A stretch of DNA of 64,000 nucleotides from a virus (taxonomy: Duplodnaviria; Caudoviricetes): the IMG/VR virus record IMGVR_UViG_3300027608_000010. One strand, 5' to 3'. Each line of letters starts with the position of its first letter. Position 1 is the first letter of the stretch. Shown here piece by piece: positions 1 through 11,000 of the stretch. The notes below the pieces were generated by a model that was given only the letters and a program-made list of their open reading frames with translations, searched no databases and had not been told where the DNA came from. The translations under genes were made by a program, and so were the position numbers.

Positions 1-1931
1 CCGGAAATATTACCAGAAACATCACCAACCACGTTACCATTGAAATATGCATTAGCACCTAATGTAACGTTGCCTTCAGCAAATACGACTCCGCCAAAGT
101 TAGCATTGTTAGCATATAGATTTCCTAATTTTAAATCGCCATATGTATTAAATGTTACGACTTCCCCACTAACAGTTACATTACTAGCTATTACAAAGTT
201 ACCACCGCTATCATCCCAGCCCATAAATGCATCTACCGGAGCTACACCATTATGATAATGAAGCAAAAGACCTCTATCTTTGTTATCATCTCCAACTAAT
301 GCTGCACCGTTTGCACCACCGCCTAGTTCAAATAATGGATCAACTACTCTCGTTACAGTAGAATTTACTGATGTTGTTGTTCCACTAATAATTAAATTGC
401 CAGTTAATGTTAAATTACCAGCACTCAATTCACCAGTATAAGATGAAAGATATGCTCCTGCATTTGTATTGCTATATGCATCTGTGATACCATATCCACT
501 AATAGTAGTTGGTTTACTTGAAACATTAGTAAATGTTACTGAATTAGCAATATTTGCATAATGACTTTGTACTGCACTTGTTACGTTACCGGTTACGTTA
601 GAACCATTAGTTGATGTTAGTAGATAGCCGTTACCAGTAAAATAGTTAGCACTAATTAAATTAGCACCAGTAATATTGCCACCAGATCCGCCACCAGATT
701 GAATAGTACCTGTTGTTAATACACCTGTTGCCGCATCAAAAGATAATGCACTATTTGATGCAAGTGCATAATTACCATTTGCGCTGCCATTAACAAATAC
801 TGGATAAAATGTACCAGTTGTTTGTGTTGTAACTGACTCAAAGTAAGCTACGTTTGCATTTGCTACTTGTCCACTTACGTTAGCACCGGCTACCGAGTTA
901 GCAATATTTGCATAATGACTTTGTACTGCGCTACTTACATTACCAGAGACATTTCCACCTGCTATATATGTAATAGAACTGCCATTACCACTAAATGTAT
1001 TAGCAGTAATTACATTGGCTGTAATATTACCAGTTGTAGTAAAGGTGACAGATGTTAAGTATGCTCCTGCATTTGTATTACTATATGCATCTGTAATGCC
1101 ATACCCACTTATTGTAGTTGGTGTACTTGTAATATTAGTAAATGATACTGAATTAGCGATGTTTGCATAGTGTGCTTGTACTGCACTGGTAACATTACCT
1201 GATACGTTTGTACCGGATACTGAGTTAGCAATGTTAGCATAATGACTTTGTACTGCACTGGTTACGTTACCTGATACGTTCGTACCGGATACTGAGTTAG
1301 CAATATTTGCATAATGACTTTGTACTGCACTAGTTACGTTACCATCGACATTAGCACCAGTGATATTAGTTAATAATGCACCGTTTGCACTGACCTTTGT
1401 TACTGTTAATGTATCAGTACCTTTATCAAATGTGAATGTAGACTTTGCACCTAATGTTGCACTGCCGTTGTCATTAAAGAAAACTTGAGTATTGCTACCC
1501 GCAATATTAGCATTACCTGTACCTGAAGTAGGAGTGTACCATGATATTACTCCACTGCCGTTTGATTGTAGTACTTGTCCAGCAGTACCACCAAACATTT
1601 TTATATTAGCTACATTACCTAAACTTACGTTAGGACCGGTAAAATCTACATTACCAGAAACAGCTAATCCAGTAAGTGTACCAAGACTTGTAATGTTAGT
1701 TTGTGCGGCTGTATAAACAGTCCCGGCAGATAATGCGTTTGCAACTTGTCCAGAAACATTCGCTCCGTTAGTTGATGTTAGAAAATAGCCATTGCCACTA
1801 AAATAATTAGCACTAGCAAGATTGCCTAAACTTGCGTTGCCAGAAACTAAATTCCCCGAAACGTTAGCATTAGCAAAAGAGAAGGTATCAGTTTGATCGA
1901 TACTAAATTGACGAATTTTTAATAATGACAT
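1..1931 (-). CDS. Fibre-like structural protein, 3' end truncated by the window edge (>643 aa)
   Basis: ATG at 1931 translates as MSLLKIRQFSIDQTDTFSFANANVSGNL... and contains Asn/Gly/Ser/Thr-rich beta-repeats, SAVQSHYANIAN repeats and a DDNKDRGLLLHY...AFMGWD module shared with neighbouring fibre genes. It has no stop before the edge, so it is absent from the ORF track. GATAAATA lies upstream. Confidence 0.8.
   Translation of the reverse strand, partial: MSLLKIRQFSIDQTDTFSFANANVSGNLVSGNASLGNLASANYFSGNGYFLTSTNGANVSGQVANALSAGTVYTAAQTNITSLGTLTGLAVSGNVDFTGPNVSLGNVANIKMFGGTAGQVLQSNGSGVISWYTPTSGTGNANIAGSNTQVFFNDNGSATLGAKSTFTFDKGTDTLTVTKVSANGALLTNITGANVDGNVTSAVQSHYANIANSVSGTNVSGNVTSAVQSHYANIANSVSGTNVSGNVTSAVQAHYANIANSVSFTNITSTPTTISGYGITDAYSNTNAGAYLTSVTFTTTGNITANVITANTFSGNGSSITYIAGGNVSGNVSSAVQSHYANIANSVAGANVSGQVANANVAYFESVTTQTTGTFYPVFVNGSANGNYALASNSALSFDAATGVLTTGTIQSGGGSGGNITGANLISANYFTGNGYLLTSTNGSNVTGNVTSAVQSHYANIANSVTFTNVSSKPTTISGYGITDAYSNTNAGAYLSSYTGELSAGNLTLTGNLIISGTTTSVNSTVTRVVDPLFELGGGANGAALVGDDNKDRGLLLHYHNGVAPVDAFMGWDDSGGNFVIASNVTVSGEVVTFNTYGDLKLGNLYANNANFGGVVFAEGNVTLGANAYFNGNVVGDVSGNIS
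1150..1342 (-). repeat. In-frame 72-bp tandem repeat (24 aa GNVTSAVQSHYANIANSVSGTNVS), about 2.7 copies
   Basis: Units 1199-1270 and 1271-1342 are near-identical; a diverged partial copy lies at 1150-1198. Confidence 0.85.
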
Positions 1932-1953
1932 GGTCACATCCTTTTATATATTG

Positions 1954-1961
1954 TATTTATC
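1954..1961 (-). promoter_or_regulatory. Putative late promoter GATAAATA
   Basis: Resembles the T4 late consensus TATAAATA; intergenic, upstream of the ATG at 1931; the motif recurs upstream of many structural genes. Confidence 0.65.
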
Positions 1962-1974
1962 TTAGTTATAGTAA

Positions 1975-2328
1975 TTATACCGTGACTTCTACCCAATTTG
2001 TAGTAGTTTCATCCCATGTATATTGCTTGTCATCTGTAGGCATTGCAACTGGTGCATCATACTGACATGTAGTTTCATTCAATACCCAGCTATTATATGG
2101 TTTTGGTGGAATGAATGCATCACGACCAGAGTCATAAGTATATCCTATACCAGCATAATTTTTTCTTAATGGTGTACCACCCAATGTGTGTACTCCACCA
2201 TGTGTGTTATAACTTGTTTGTACGAAAGAACTTGGTTCCCCGAATAAACCTGTATTAACTACGTCTTGCTCTATTACTAGAACTCGTGTTACGATATTAT
2301 TACTATCGATTTGTGCGAAATGTGACAT
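1975..2328 (-). CDS. Conserved phage hypothetical protein (MSHFAQIDSNNIV type), adjacent to Gly-rich genes
   Basis: 117-aa ORF with AAGGAGA RBS. Motifs TSYNT, RKNYAGIGYTYD, RDAFIPPKPY, W-rich C-terminus. Confidence 0.8.
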   Translation of the reverse strand: MSHFAQIDSNNIVTRVLVIEQDVVNTGLFGEPSSFVQTSYNTHGGVHTLGGTPLRKNYAGIGYTYDSGRDAFIPPKPYNSWVLNETTCQYDAPVAMPTDDKQYTWDETTTNWVEVTV

Positions 2329-2350
2329 TTTATTATCTCCTTGTTAAGTG

Positions 2351-3628
2351 TTAAAATGTTATACTGCCTGATGCAGTAAATTTATATGTTCTATATCCAC
2401 CTGATACTGTTATAGTTGGACTACCTGTTGTACTTGTGGCTGCAGCGTATGAGTCAGCATATCTTATAATAACTATCCCGCTGCCACCATCTCCAGGTTG
2501 GCGGTGTTCTGAATAATATCCACTAACACCTCCCCCGCCGCCACCTGTATTAGATGCACCTGAAGTTGCGGCATCAGAACTTGGATGTGTAGCAGATGTC
2601 TGTTGTTCGCCTTCACCACCGCCACCGTCACCGCCATATCCCTTTATACGTGCAGTAGAAACTCCATTACTATACACTGCGCCACCACCACCACCTGCAT
2701 AATAATTACCATCTGACCAAAGTATACCGCCGCCGCCGTCACCGCCTTTAGAAGCTGCGCCATTTGTTCCTACGCCACCTGCACCACCACCACCTGCTCC
2801 GCTATAACCGCCACCTTCAGCACCTGCGGCTGCACCACGACCGCCGTAATTTCCTTGCCCTGCAGTTGGCGTACCCTTGAATGCATCGGTTCTACCATAA
2901 GCAGATGCCCCTCCGCCCGAACCACCAGCACCACCCTGCGCATCTCCACCATTGGCGCTATCCCACGACCCACCACCACCGCCACCTAGTGCAGTTTGTG
3001 TTGTAAGTCCCGAACTACTCAGTATGGAATTATTTCCTTTATAATTCACACCACCGTTATTACCAGCAGCAGTAGAAGAATAATATCCACTAGTCCCGCC
3101 TGCACCTACAGTAATAGTATATAATCTACCAGAACTTATTGAAGTAGTACCAACAATTAGTCCACCTGCTCCGCCGCCGCCTGCATTATATCTTATACCC
3201 CCGGCTCCGCCGCCAGCAACTACTAAGAATTCAGCAGTAGTAACCGGAGGTGCAGTACTAGTATCATTTATGGTAACTGAACTGCTAGTAGCAACTATAT
3301 TTCCTGATGTTGATACTGTTCTTATCTGAACTGTAAATGTTTGAGCACCTTCAGTTAATGAATCAGCTAATGGTGTTATTGTAAGAGAACCCACTGTATT
3401 ATTAATAGTAAAAGATCCAGATGATGCAGAAAAATCAGCACTTGCAGTTGAACTATTATAATTAATAGTCCAATATAGTGTAGTACCATTTGGTACTTCA
3501 TTATATGTTTGTACGTAGAAGATTCCAGATTGACCCTCATTTAGGCTGGTTGGTATTGTACTGAATGTGTATATAGGTGGAGGGGGTAGTACAGTTAAAT
3601 TAGAGAATGTAATGTTATTGAATTCCAT
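2351..3628 (-). CDS. Glycine-rich putative adhesin with N-terminal Calx-beta/Ig-like domain
   Basis: 425 aa. N-domain includes ADSLTEGAQTFTV. Gly-rich body begins FLVVAGGGAGG; C-terminus GGSGIVIIRY...YKFTASGSITF. Confidence 0.75.
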   Translation of the reverse strand: MEFNNITFSNLTVLPPPPIYTFSTIPTSLNEGQSGIFYVQTYNEVPNGTTLYWTINYNSSTASADFSASSGSFTINNTVGSLTITPLADSLTEGAQTFTVQIRTVSTSGNIVATSSSVTINDTSTAPPVTTAEFLVVAGGGAGGIRYNAGGGGAGGLIVGTTSISSGRLYTITVGAGGTSGYYSSTAAGNNGGVNYKGNNSILSSSGLTTQTALGGGGGGSWDSANGGDAQGGAGGSGGGASAYGRTDAFKGTPTAGQGNYGGRGAAAGAEGGGYSGAGGGGAGGVGTNGAASKGGDGGGGILWSDGNYYAGGGGGAVYSNGVSTARIKGYGGDGGGGEGEQQTSATHPSSDAATSGASNTGGGGGGVSGYYSEHRQPGDGGSGIVIIRYADSYAAATSTTGSPTITVSGGYRTYKFTASGSITF

Positions 3629-3637
3629 GTTGTTCTC

Positions 3638-4414
3638 TTAGAATGTTATTGTGCCTGATGCAGTGAATATGTAAATCCTATATCCACCTGAAGTGGTTAC
3701 AGTTGGACTACCTGTTGTCGCTGATGCGGCTGCGTATATGGTTTGGTAGCGAATGACTACTATTCCGGATCCTCCGCTACCACCATTACCATTGTTATAC
3801 GAATTTGGGCTACCACCACTACCTGTATTAGCGGCACCACCGTTGCCGTTTATACCACCTCCGCCGGTAGTAGTACCCCAGCTACCATTGTATCCGGCGC
3901 CGCCACCAGCAAAATATCCTGTACTATTATAACCAGTAATGCCATTTAATTCAGATATTAGTCGGGCGGCGCCACCATTAATATTAGTTGCGGATCCGCC
4001 TGCTCCGCCACCACCACCAGAATTTGCTGCATAACCTGTATTTCCGGCAACGCCATCATTTGTACCTTGGTTACCGCCGAGACCATATGCACCACCGAAC
4101 CCAGGCCCAGCAGTGTGATTCATGCTAGTATTTGTTCCGGATACTGATGAGGCAGTACCTTGATTACCCAGTCTGCCTTGTTCAAACGTTCCGTTACCTA
4201 TACCGCCGGCACCTACAGTAACAGTATATGTTCCTGTACCAGTAAAACCTTCTACGGTTACCCAAATTAATCCTCCGGCGCCACCGCCACCGGTTGTATA
4301 ATTGCCACCATTTCCCGCGCCAGCGGCGCCTCCTCCAACCACTAATAATTGAAGTAGGTTTTGACTAGCTATAGTAATACCTTGTCCGATTGTTATACCT
4401 GAGCCTATTTCCAT
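3638..4414 (-). CDS. Glycine-rich putative adhesin (minimal version)
   Basis: 258 aa. LLVVGGGAAG...GGSGIVVIRY...IFTASGTITF; paralog of both flanking genes. Confidence 0.75.
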   Translation of the reverse strand: MEIGSGITIGQGITIASQNLLQLLVVGGGAAGAGNGGNYTTGGGGAGGLIWVTVEGFTGTGTYTVTVGAGGIGNGTFEQGRLGNQGTASSVSGTNTSMNHTAGPGFGGAYGLGGNQGTNDGVAGNTGYAANSGGGGGAGGSATNINGGAARLISELNGITGYNSTGYFAGGGAGYNGSWGTTTGGGGINGNGGAANTGSGGSPNSYNNGNGGSGGSGIVVIRYQTIYAAASATTGSPTVTTSGGYRIYIFTASGTITF

Positions 4415-4423
4415 GTTGTTCTC

Positions 4424-5869
4424 TTAGAATGTTATACTGCCGGATGCAGTGAATTTATAAACTCTGTATCCTGTTGGATTAGTGACTGTTGGTGAGCCTG
4501 TTGTTGAAGTTGCAGCCTCTGATGAGTCTGCATAGCGAATGATTACTACCCCAGAACCACCGTTGCCTCCTTGAGTATTATTACCAGATCCACCACCACC
4601 GCCACCTCCTGTATTAGCAGTGCCACCCGTATCGCCGGCGCCGCCTCCTCCAGAACCCCCTGCGCCGCCAGGATATGTTCCTCCACCTCCTCCCCCGTAA
4701 TATGTTGAAGTGCCGGTAATACTTGATTGTTTACCGATTCCACCAGCGTCACTGTTTTGAGCATCGCTTGCGGCCGCACCTGCTCCGCCACCTCCTTGGC
4801 CATCTCGCCGGTCACCTAGCGCAGGATCTTTTTGTCCGCCGCCCTTATTTCCGTATCCACCTGACGCAGAGGATGGTTGAAGTGCTGCACCGCCGCCTGC
4901 AGAACTAGCTACATCAGTTCCAGGATAACTGAAACCCACACCACCACCTGATCCGCCAGCCGCACCATTGGCAGCACTACTGGCGTTGGCTCCAACAGTG
5001 TCACCATTACGACTTCCACCACCACCACCACCTATAGCAGTTACCGTAGTAAATCCTGATCCACTAATTGAACTATTTGCGCCATTTCCACCTCTATTGG
5101 TTGCAGTTGTGGTTCCTACTCCGCCTGCACCTATAGTTACTGTAAATACAGTGCCTTTAGTAAAGGTAATAGAAGTTGCTTCTGCATATCCACCTGCACC
5201 ACCTCCACCCCCATAATATCCGGTTCCGCCAGAACCACCACCTGCAAGAAGTAAATAATCAGCAATAACAATATTTGTTGCTTCAATACTGAAACTTCTA
5301 CTAGCTGTTTGATTCTGACTATCAGTGGCAGTGATTGTAAAATTACTTGTTGCGGCTACTGTAGGTGTTCCTGTAATAGCACCAGTATTAGTATTCAAAC
5401 TTAAACTAGTTGGTAAACTACCACTAGTTATACTATATGTAATTGTTCCGTCTCCTGTAGCATTTATTGATTGTGAATATGCGGTTCCAACCACAGCGAC
5501 AACTAATGCTCCGCTTGCCGTTACCCAAGTTGGTAAACTACTATATGTAATCCCACCCGGTAATATACCACTACTACCATCAGTATTATAAACATAAAGA
5601 TGATATGACCCTACACTTTTTGCAGGACTTGTAAATGTTAAACTTGTTGCACTTACATATGTAGTTGCACAACTAGTAGTATCAATATACACTATTGCAC
5701 CACTATTAAATCCACTACCAGCGATAGTAACTGTTTCACTACCGGCCGGGTTTGCCGCAGTAACACTTCCAATATATGTTAGTCCAGTAATCTTTACTCC
5801 TGAAGATACGACACTATTGATAACAGAAGTTAATGCGGCTGCTTTTACCGATTTTAAATTTGTTGCCAT
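4424..5869 (-). CDS. Glycine-rich putative adhesin with IPT/TIG-like and Ig-like N-terminal domains
   Basis: 481 aa. VTIAGSGF...LTFTSP (IPT-like); YSITSGSLPTSLSLNTNTGAITGTPT (putative Ig); same Gly-rich C-domain as the paralogs. Confidence 0.75.
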   Translation of the reverse strand: MATNLKSVKAAALTSVINSVVSSGVKITGLTYIGSVTAANPAGSETVTIAGSGFNSGAIVYIDTTSCATTYVSATSLTFTSPAKSVGSYHLYVYNTDGSSGILPGGITYSSLPTWVTASGALVVAVVGTAYSQSINATGDGTITYSITSGSLPTSLSLNTNTGAITGTPTVAATSNFTITATDSQNQTASRSFSIEATNIVIADYLLLAGGGSGGTGYYGGGGGAGGYAEATSITFTKGTVFTVTIGAGGVGTTTATNRGGNGANSSISGSGFTTVTAIGGGGGGSRNGDTVGANASSAANGAAGGSGGGVGFSYPGTDVASSAGGGAALQPSSASGGYGNKGGGQKDPALGDRRDGQGGGGAGAAASDAQNSDAGGIGKQSSITGTSTYYGGGGGGTYPGGAGGSGGGGAGDTGGTANTGGGGGGGSGNNTQGGNGGSGVVIIRYADSSEAATSTTGSPTVTNPTGYRVYKFTASGSITF

Positions 5870-8055
5870 TATAACTCCAATACTTTCCAGCCATATGTGC
5901 TGTTACTGTATACTAAACCAAAACTACTTTGATCCGCATCTACTAATAAATTATCAGCTATTCCTTGAATCTTATGACCATTCCGTGCTACTGTTAAATT
6001 GTTTGTGGCAAATGAGCCAGCTAGGTCATTGATACGAATAGTGTCACCCAATGTTGCGCTAGTTGGTAATGTCATTGTTTTTGCACCACCAGATGTGTCA
6101 ACAAAGTATCCATTGTTTGCAACCATAGTTGCATTGCTACTTGCTATATTCCAAGTTAGTGCAGAACTACCGCCACCAGCTCCACCGGTACCACTAAATG
6201 TTGTTACTTCAATAAACGCTGTATTTGGAGGTGCGGCATCAAATGTTAATTGTGGACCCATTAATGAATAAGACGATTTAGGTTGCAATACACCCTGAAC
6301 AGCAACCATTGTAACATTTTCACTTGACGGTGTGGTAGATAATGTAAATGTAGTATATGTACCATTAGCAGTAAATTCATCTACGGTAGCGGTTAGTGCA
6401 GTTTGTGCCGCCCAACTTAAACTACCCGAACCATCTGTTGTTAAGAAATAACCATTAGATCCACCAGTAATATGTAGATTACTAACATTACCTAAACTTA
6501 CATTTGCACCATAGAAATCAACATTACCTGATACACTTAAACTTGTTAGTGTACCTGTACTCGTAATATTTGGTTGTGCGTTTGCTGTTACTGTGCCGGC
6601 CGAAATTGCTGAAGTTGCTGAAGTTGCGGCAACTCCGGTTAATTGACTACCATTACCTATGAAATAACTAGCACGTACATTACCATAACTATTCCAAGTA
6701 ACTACTTCACTAGTAAGGGATACATTACTACCTATTCCAAATTCTACGTTACTATCATCCCAACCGATAAATGCATCTACTGCGGATGATCCACTATAAT
6801 AATGTAGTAATAATCCGCGGTCTTTGTTGTCATCAGTTGATAGAGTGGCTCCGTTTGCGTCGCCGCCAATCTCAAATATCGGATCTACTAGCGTTGTTAC
6901 TGTTGAATTAACACGGGTAGTAGTTCCACCAACAATTAAGTTACCACTCAGTGTTAAATTACCACCGGATATATTACCAGTGTATGATGTTAAATATGCT
7001 CCTGCGTTAGTATTGCTATATGAATCAGTAATGCCATAACCACTAATAGTAGTTGGTGTACTTGAGACATTTGCCCAAGTTACTAAGTTAGCAATGTTAG
7101 CATAATGTGACTGTACCGCGCTAGTTACATTACCAGAGACATTTCCACCTGCTATATATGTAATAGAACTGCCATTACCACTAAATGTATTAGCAGTAAT
7201 AATATTGGCAGTGATATTGCCTGAGGTTGAGAAAGTAGCTGTAGTAAGATATGCACTTGCGTTTGTATTGCTATATGCTCCAGTAATACTAGATGCTGGA
7301 ATATTAGTTAATAATCTACCATCACCACTGAAATAATTTGCAGTAACTACATTACCTGCATTGACATTACCTGAAATTACTACGTTACCAGTACCATTTG
7401 GTGATAGATTTATATTTGCATTAGTATCAAGACTAGAAATAGTATTGCTAGAAATATATAAATTACCTAATGTTGCTGTAGTGGATGTAGTTGTGCTGCT
7501 AGTTCCAAATCCAATACCACCTGTATATCGTGCACCAGTTATATAAATGCTTTTACCAGTAACATTAGTGGTGATAGCTGTAGGAATATTTGTACCAATA
7601 AAGTGCAGTACACCTGATTGATAATCAAAGTACCATTGGTCATCATTTAGACCGCCAGCAGAAATTTTATTACCAGCAATTGTTACTTGAGTTGTTTTGT
7701 TTGACCCTGTAATTCCTGAATTAGCAATGTAAACGCTGATAATGTAATCAGCACCAAACTCAGGACTGATCCAATCTGTGTAATTAGTTTTCCATGTTCT
7801 ATTATCTGCGGCAGTTAAATCTTCAGTACATTCAACCGTAGTAGTACCTGAATATACTGTAACCACTGCGCTTGCTGTAGCAATACTACCAGGAATAGAA
7901 CCCGATTGCTGCCAAATCTTATCGCCGCGAATTAATAACGGACTAGAAATGCTTTCTTCAAACCCTTGTTTGTTGGTTCCGGAATCAGTTTTAGTTTTTC
8001 CGTAGGCTATCTTTTTCCATAGATAGTCAACTTTTTGTGTATCGGAAATAGCCAT
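5869..8055 (-). CDS. Fibre/virion structural protein (MAISDTQKVDYLWKK family, copy 2)
   Basis: 728 aa. The N-terminal ~200 aa is paralogous to 18336-19445. It also has a DRG-HY module, an EFTANG...FTL Ig-like module and a C-terminal TLP...GDTIRINDLAG..NNLTV beta-domain. Overlaps the upstream stop as TAATG. Confidence 0.8.
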   Translation of the reverse strand: MAISDTQKVDYLWKKIAYGKTKTDSGTNKQGFEESISSPLLIRGDKIWQQSGSIPGSIATASAVVTVYSGTTTVECTEDLTAADNRTWKTNYTDWISPEFGADYIISVYIANSGITGSNKTTQVTIAGNKISAGGLNDDQWYFDYQSGVLHFIGTNIPTAITTNVTGKSIYITGARYTGGIGFGTSSTTTSTTATLGNLYISSNTISSLDTNANINLSPNGTGNVVISGNVNAGNVVTANYFSGDGRLLTNIPASSITGAYSNTNASAYLTTATFSTSGNITANIITANTFSGNGSSITYIAGGNVSGNVTSAVQSHYANIANLVTWANVSSTPTTISGYGITDSYSNTNAGAYLTSYTGNISGGNLTLSGNLIVGGTTTRVNSTVTTLVDPIFEIGGDANGATLSTDDNKDRGLLLHYYSGSSAVDAFIGWDDSNVEFGIGSNVSLTSEVVTWNSYGNVRASYFIGNGSQLTGVAATSATSAISAGTVTANAQPNITSTGTLTSLSVSGNVDFYGANVSLGNVSNLHITGGSNGYFLTTDGSGSLSWAAQTALTATVDEFTANGTYTTFTLSTTPSSENVTMVAVQGVLQPKSSYSLMGPQLTFDAAPPNTAFIEVTTFSGTGGAGGGSSALTWNIASSNATMVANNGYFVDTSGGAKTMTLPTSATLGDTIRINDLAGSFATNNLTVARNGHKIQGIADNLLVDADQSSFGLVYSNSTYGWKVLEL

Positions 8056-11000
8056 TAACTAAAACTCCATGAACTTACATAATCACCCGATGCTAGTGCA
8101 ATACTAAACAATACTTGATTTGACCAATTACCTGTTGAACTTGTACTACCTTCTCCAAAAGTAATAGCATATGATGTACCTGATATTACCGATCCTGTAG
8201 GAACAGTTACTGTTGCGGCACATCCACTGTCATTTGCTCCGGCGACACCAGAACCAAAATATACTACTGTCGCATCTAACCACCCATTAGTAGTGTACGT
8301 TAAACTATCAGTAACACCCGGGATAGCAAATCTCAATCCAGAAATCTTTCCGGTAATAGTAACAGTAAATCCACTTCTAGCTGCTCTAGTAAATGCACCA
8401 AAGAAATATTGTGTTCCGCTACGACCAGTATTTAAGTTTGGACCTGCAGGTAAATAACCAGACAAATCAGTATTGAACCATTTTAATTGATTCCAACGAA
8501 CTATAGCACTATCTGTACCTGCAACAGTTTGTACTCCTGACCAAACCGCAGATGAGTAGAAATTAGTCTGTCCGCCCCCAGTATATGATCTTGTGGCACC
8601 TGAACCAGATAAAACAATTCGTTTTGCGACTGTATTATCTCCACCTATACTGCAAGGTATGCTTTCTTCAACAAATCCACTAGGTGTAGCAGTAAAGACT
8701 TGAACTTTCTTGCTATGTGTAGCATAAGCACTAGAACCATTTACGTTAGTTGCCAAGAATTTAACAGTTTGAACCGATGCAACGGATGATGTAGTAATAT
8801 TGGCAGTGATACTACCTAAAGTATATTGATATCCACTTGTATTACCTGTATTAGCTTTTGGTATACCACCAGACAATAAGGTAGGTGATCCATCTATTTG
8901 AGTATATGTTCTAGTCTGTGATGCTACTACACTACCACTAGTGCTTTCATCATTTGTTCCTGGTTCAATTTGAAAAGGTGTAGTTGTATTTTGATATGTC
9001 TGTCCTATCCAGTTATATATATTTGCCCCAGCTAATGTGATTGTTGGACTGCCCGTGTTGTAGTAAGGAACACCCGAAATATAACGATATGTTCCATTTG
9101 TTGCATTACTTAATGTTGCGGTTGATACATCAATAGTAGGTACACTGGTTACATCATCTTTGACAAATTCAATAATGTTAGTATTTCCTGTACTACTATG
9201 ACTCAACTTAAAAGTGTTAAGACCTGCAGTTAATGCTGAATTTGTTTTAGACACTTTAGCAGTAAACCCTTTATATAATGATGGACTATAAATTGATGCA
9301 CTGAATGCAATTGCTGTTCCGGTAGCATCTAATAAGTTATAATCACTTTCTGCTGAAAGAACTAATGAAAGATTTGTTCCTGCCTGACTACCGGTAGTTA
9401 ATGCAATATTACCATCTTCTGTATTATTTACTACCGCACGTAAATATCCACTATCAGCATTAGATGCATATGTTGGCATTACTATAGTTTCAACTGGTGT
9501 TCCAGAAGTCACACGACTAATACTTGATCCTGCTGTTATTGTGACTGCGGCACCTGCATTGTTGGCATAATTAGCCGCGAGATATGGACTTGTTCCAACA
9601 CTAGTTTGGAATGTAATTGTTTTAGCACTCAATCCATTTGGTGAAGCAATACTTGGATTATACACCTTGATTGCAGCCGTGCTATTTGGACCTGTTGCAA
9701 TATAAGCCGGTGTAGCTGTGCTATGACTTGTAATTGTTACAGTAATTGTTTTTGTGCCTGTACTTGAGTTTTGACCACTTGCATATGCATGACTTATACG
9801 GCCGCCACCGACACCACCCAATACACTATCACTGCTGATAGTATCCGGGGTAGAACTATCTCCCCAGTTAATTGAATAAGTTACTGCGGCACCTGTAGTA
9901 TTTGTAGTAGTGTTATCTAAATATATTGTTTCACCTTCACTAGCATATAAATTGCTGCCAGTTAATGCTAATCCACCTGTACTTCCTCTGTATAAACTAA
10001 ATCCAACAACCGGATTAGCAGTATAAATTGTAATATAAGCTGTGCGTGTAAAACTTGCTTCACTACCAGTGCCAGTGCCACTTAAATTATATGCACGTAC
10101 TGTTACTGTAAATGGGCTATTTGTGTTTGTTGAATAAGTATGTGATGGCGTAGAACTAGTTGAGGCTAAAGTTTGTGTACCATCACCCCAAGTAATATCA
10201 TAGCGATTTGGAGAACCAACACTTGTAATTGTTAGAGTTACAGAAGTTCCTGCGCCACCTGCTGTTGGACTAGCTGTAAAAGTTACGCTCTTAACATATG
10301 TACTATTTCTTACATTTTCTAGTGTTTCATTTAAGTCATCAATTGCATCAGTCACTTTAGTTGCAGTTGTCCATGTTGTAATAGCTCCGGGAGTCACTAA
10401 ATCTGTGTCGGTTGATGTTCCTAGTGTAATGGCGTTACCTACTGCGGTAGCGGTAATCCAAGATAAATTACCAGAACCATCTGTACTTAAAACTGTACCA
10501 CTAGTACCTCCAGTAATTTTAATATTAGCATTAGAACCTAAACTTACATTTGCTCCAGTAAATGATACATTACTTGCTGCTAGGCTACCTGAATAAGTTG
10601 TTAAATATGCTCCTGCATCAGTATTGCTATATGAGTCAGTAATGCCATAACCACTAATAGTAGTTGGTGTACTTGTAATATTAGTAAATGATACTGAATT
10701 AGCAATATTAGCATAGTGTGATTGTACTGCACTGTTTACATTACCTGATACATTAGTGCCTGATACGCTATTTGCTACATTAGCCCAATTTGATGTTATT
10801 GCATATGATACATTACCAGATACGTTTGCACCAGTTAAACTTGTTAATAGACTACCATTGCCACTAAAATAATTTGCTGTTAGTGTGTTTGTTGCAACAG
10901 TAAATGTTAAGTTTGGTGATGAAATCAAGTTGCCGGTTGATCCAACAAATTCTATTTCACCTGTTCCACCGGTTACTGAGATATTTCCACTAACAGCCCC

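Noticed and set aside
2351-5869. Diversity-generating retroelement or invertase shufflon as the cause of adhesin variation
   Set aside because: No reverse transcriptase, no TR/VR pair with adenine-specific mismatches, and no invertase or inverted crossover sites in the window.
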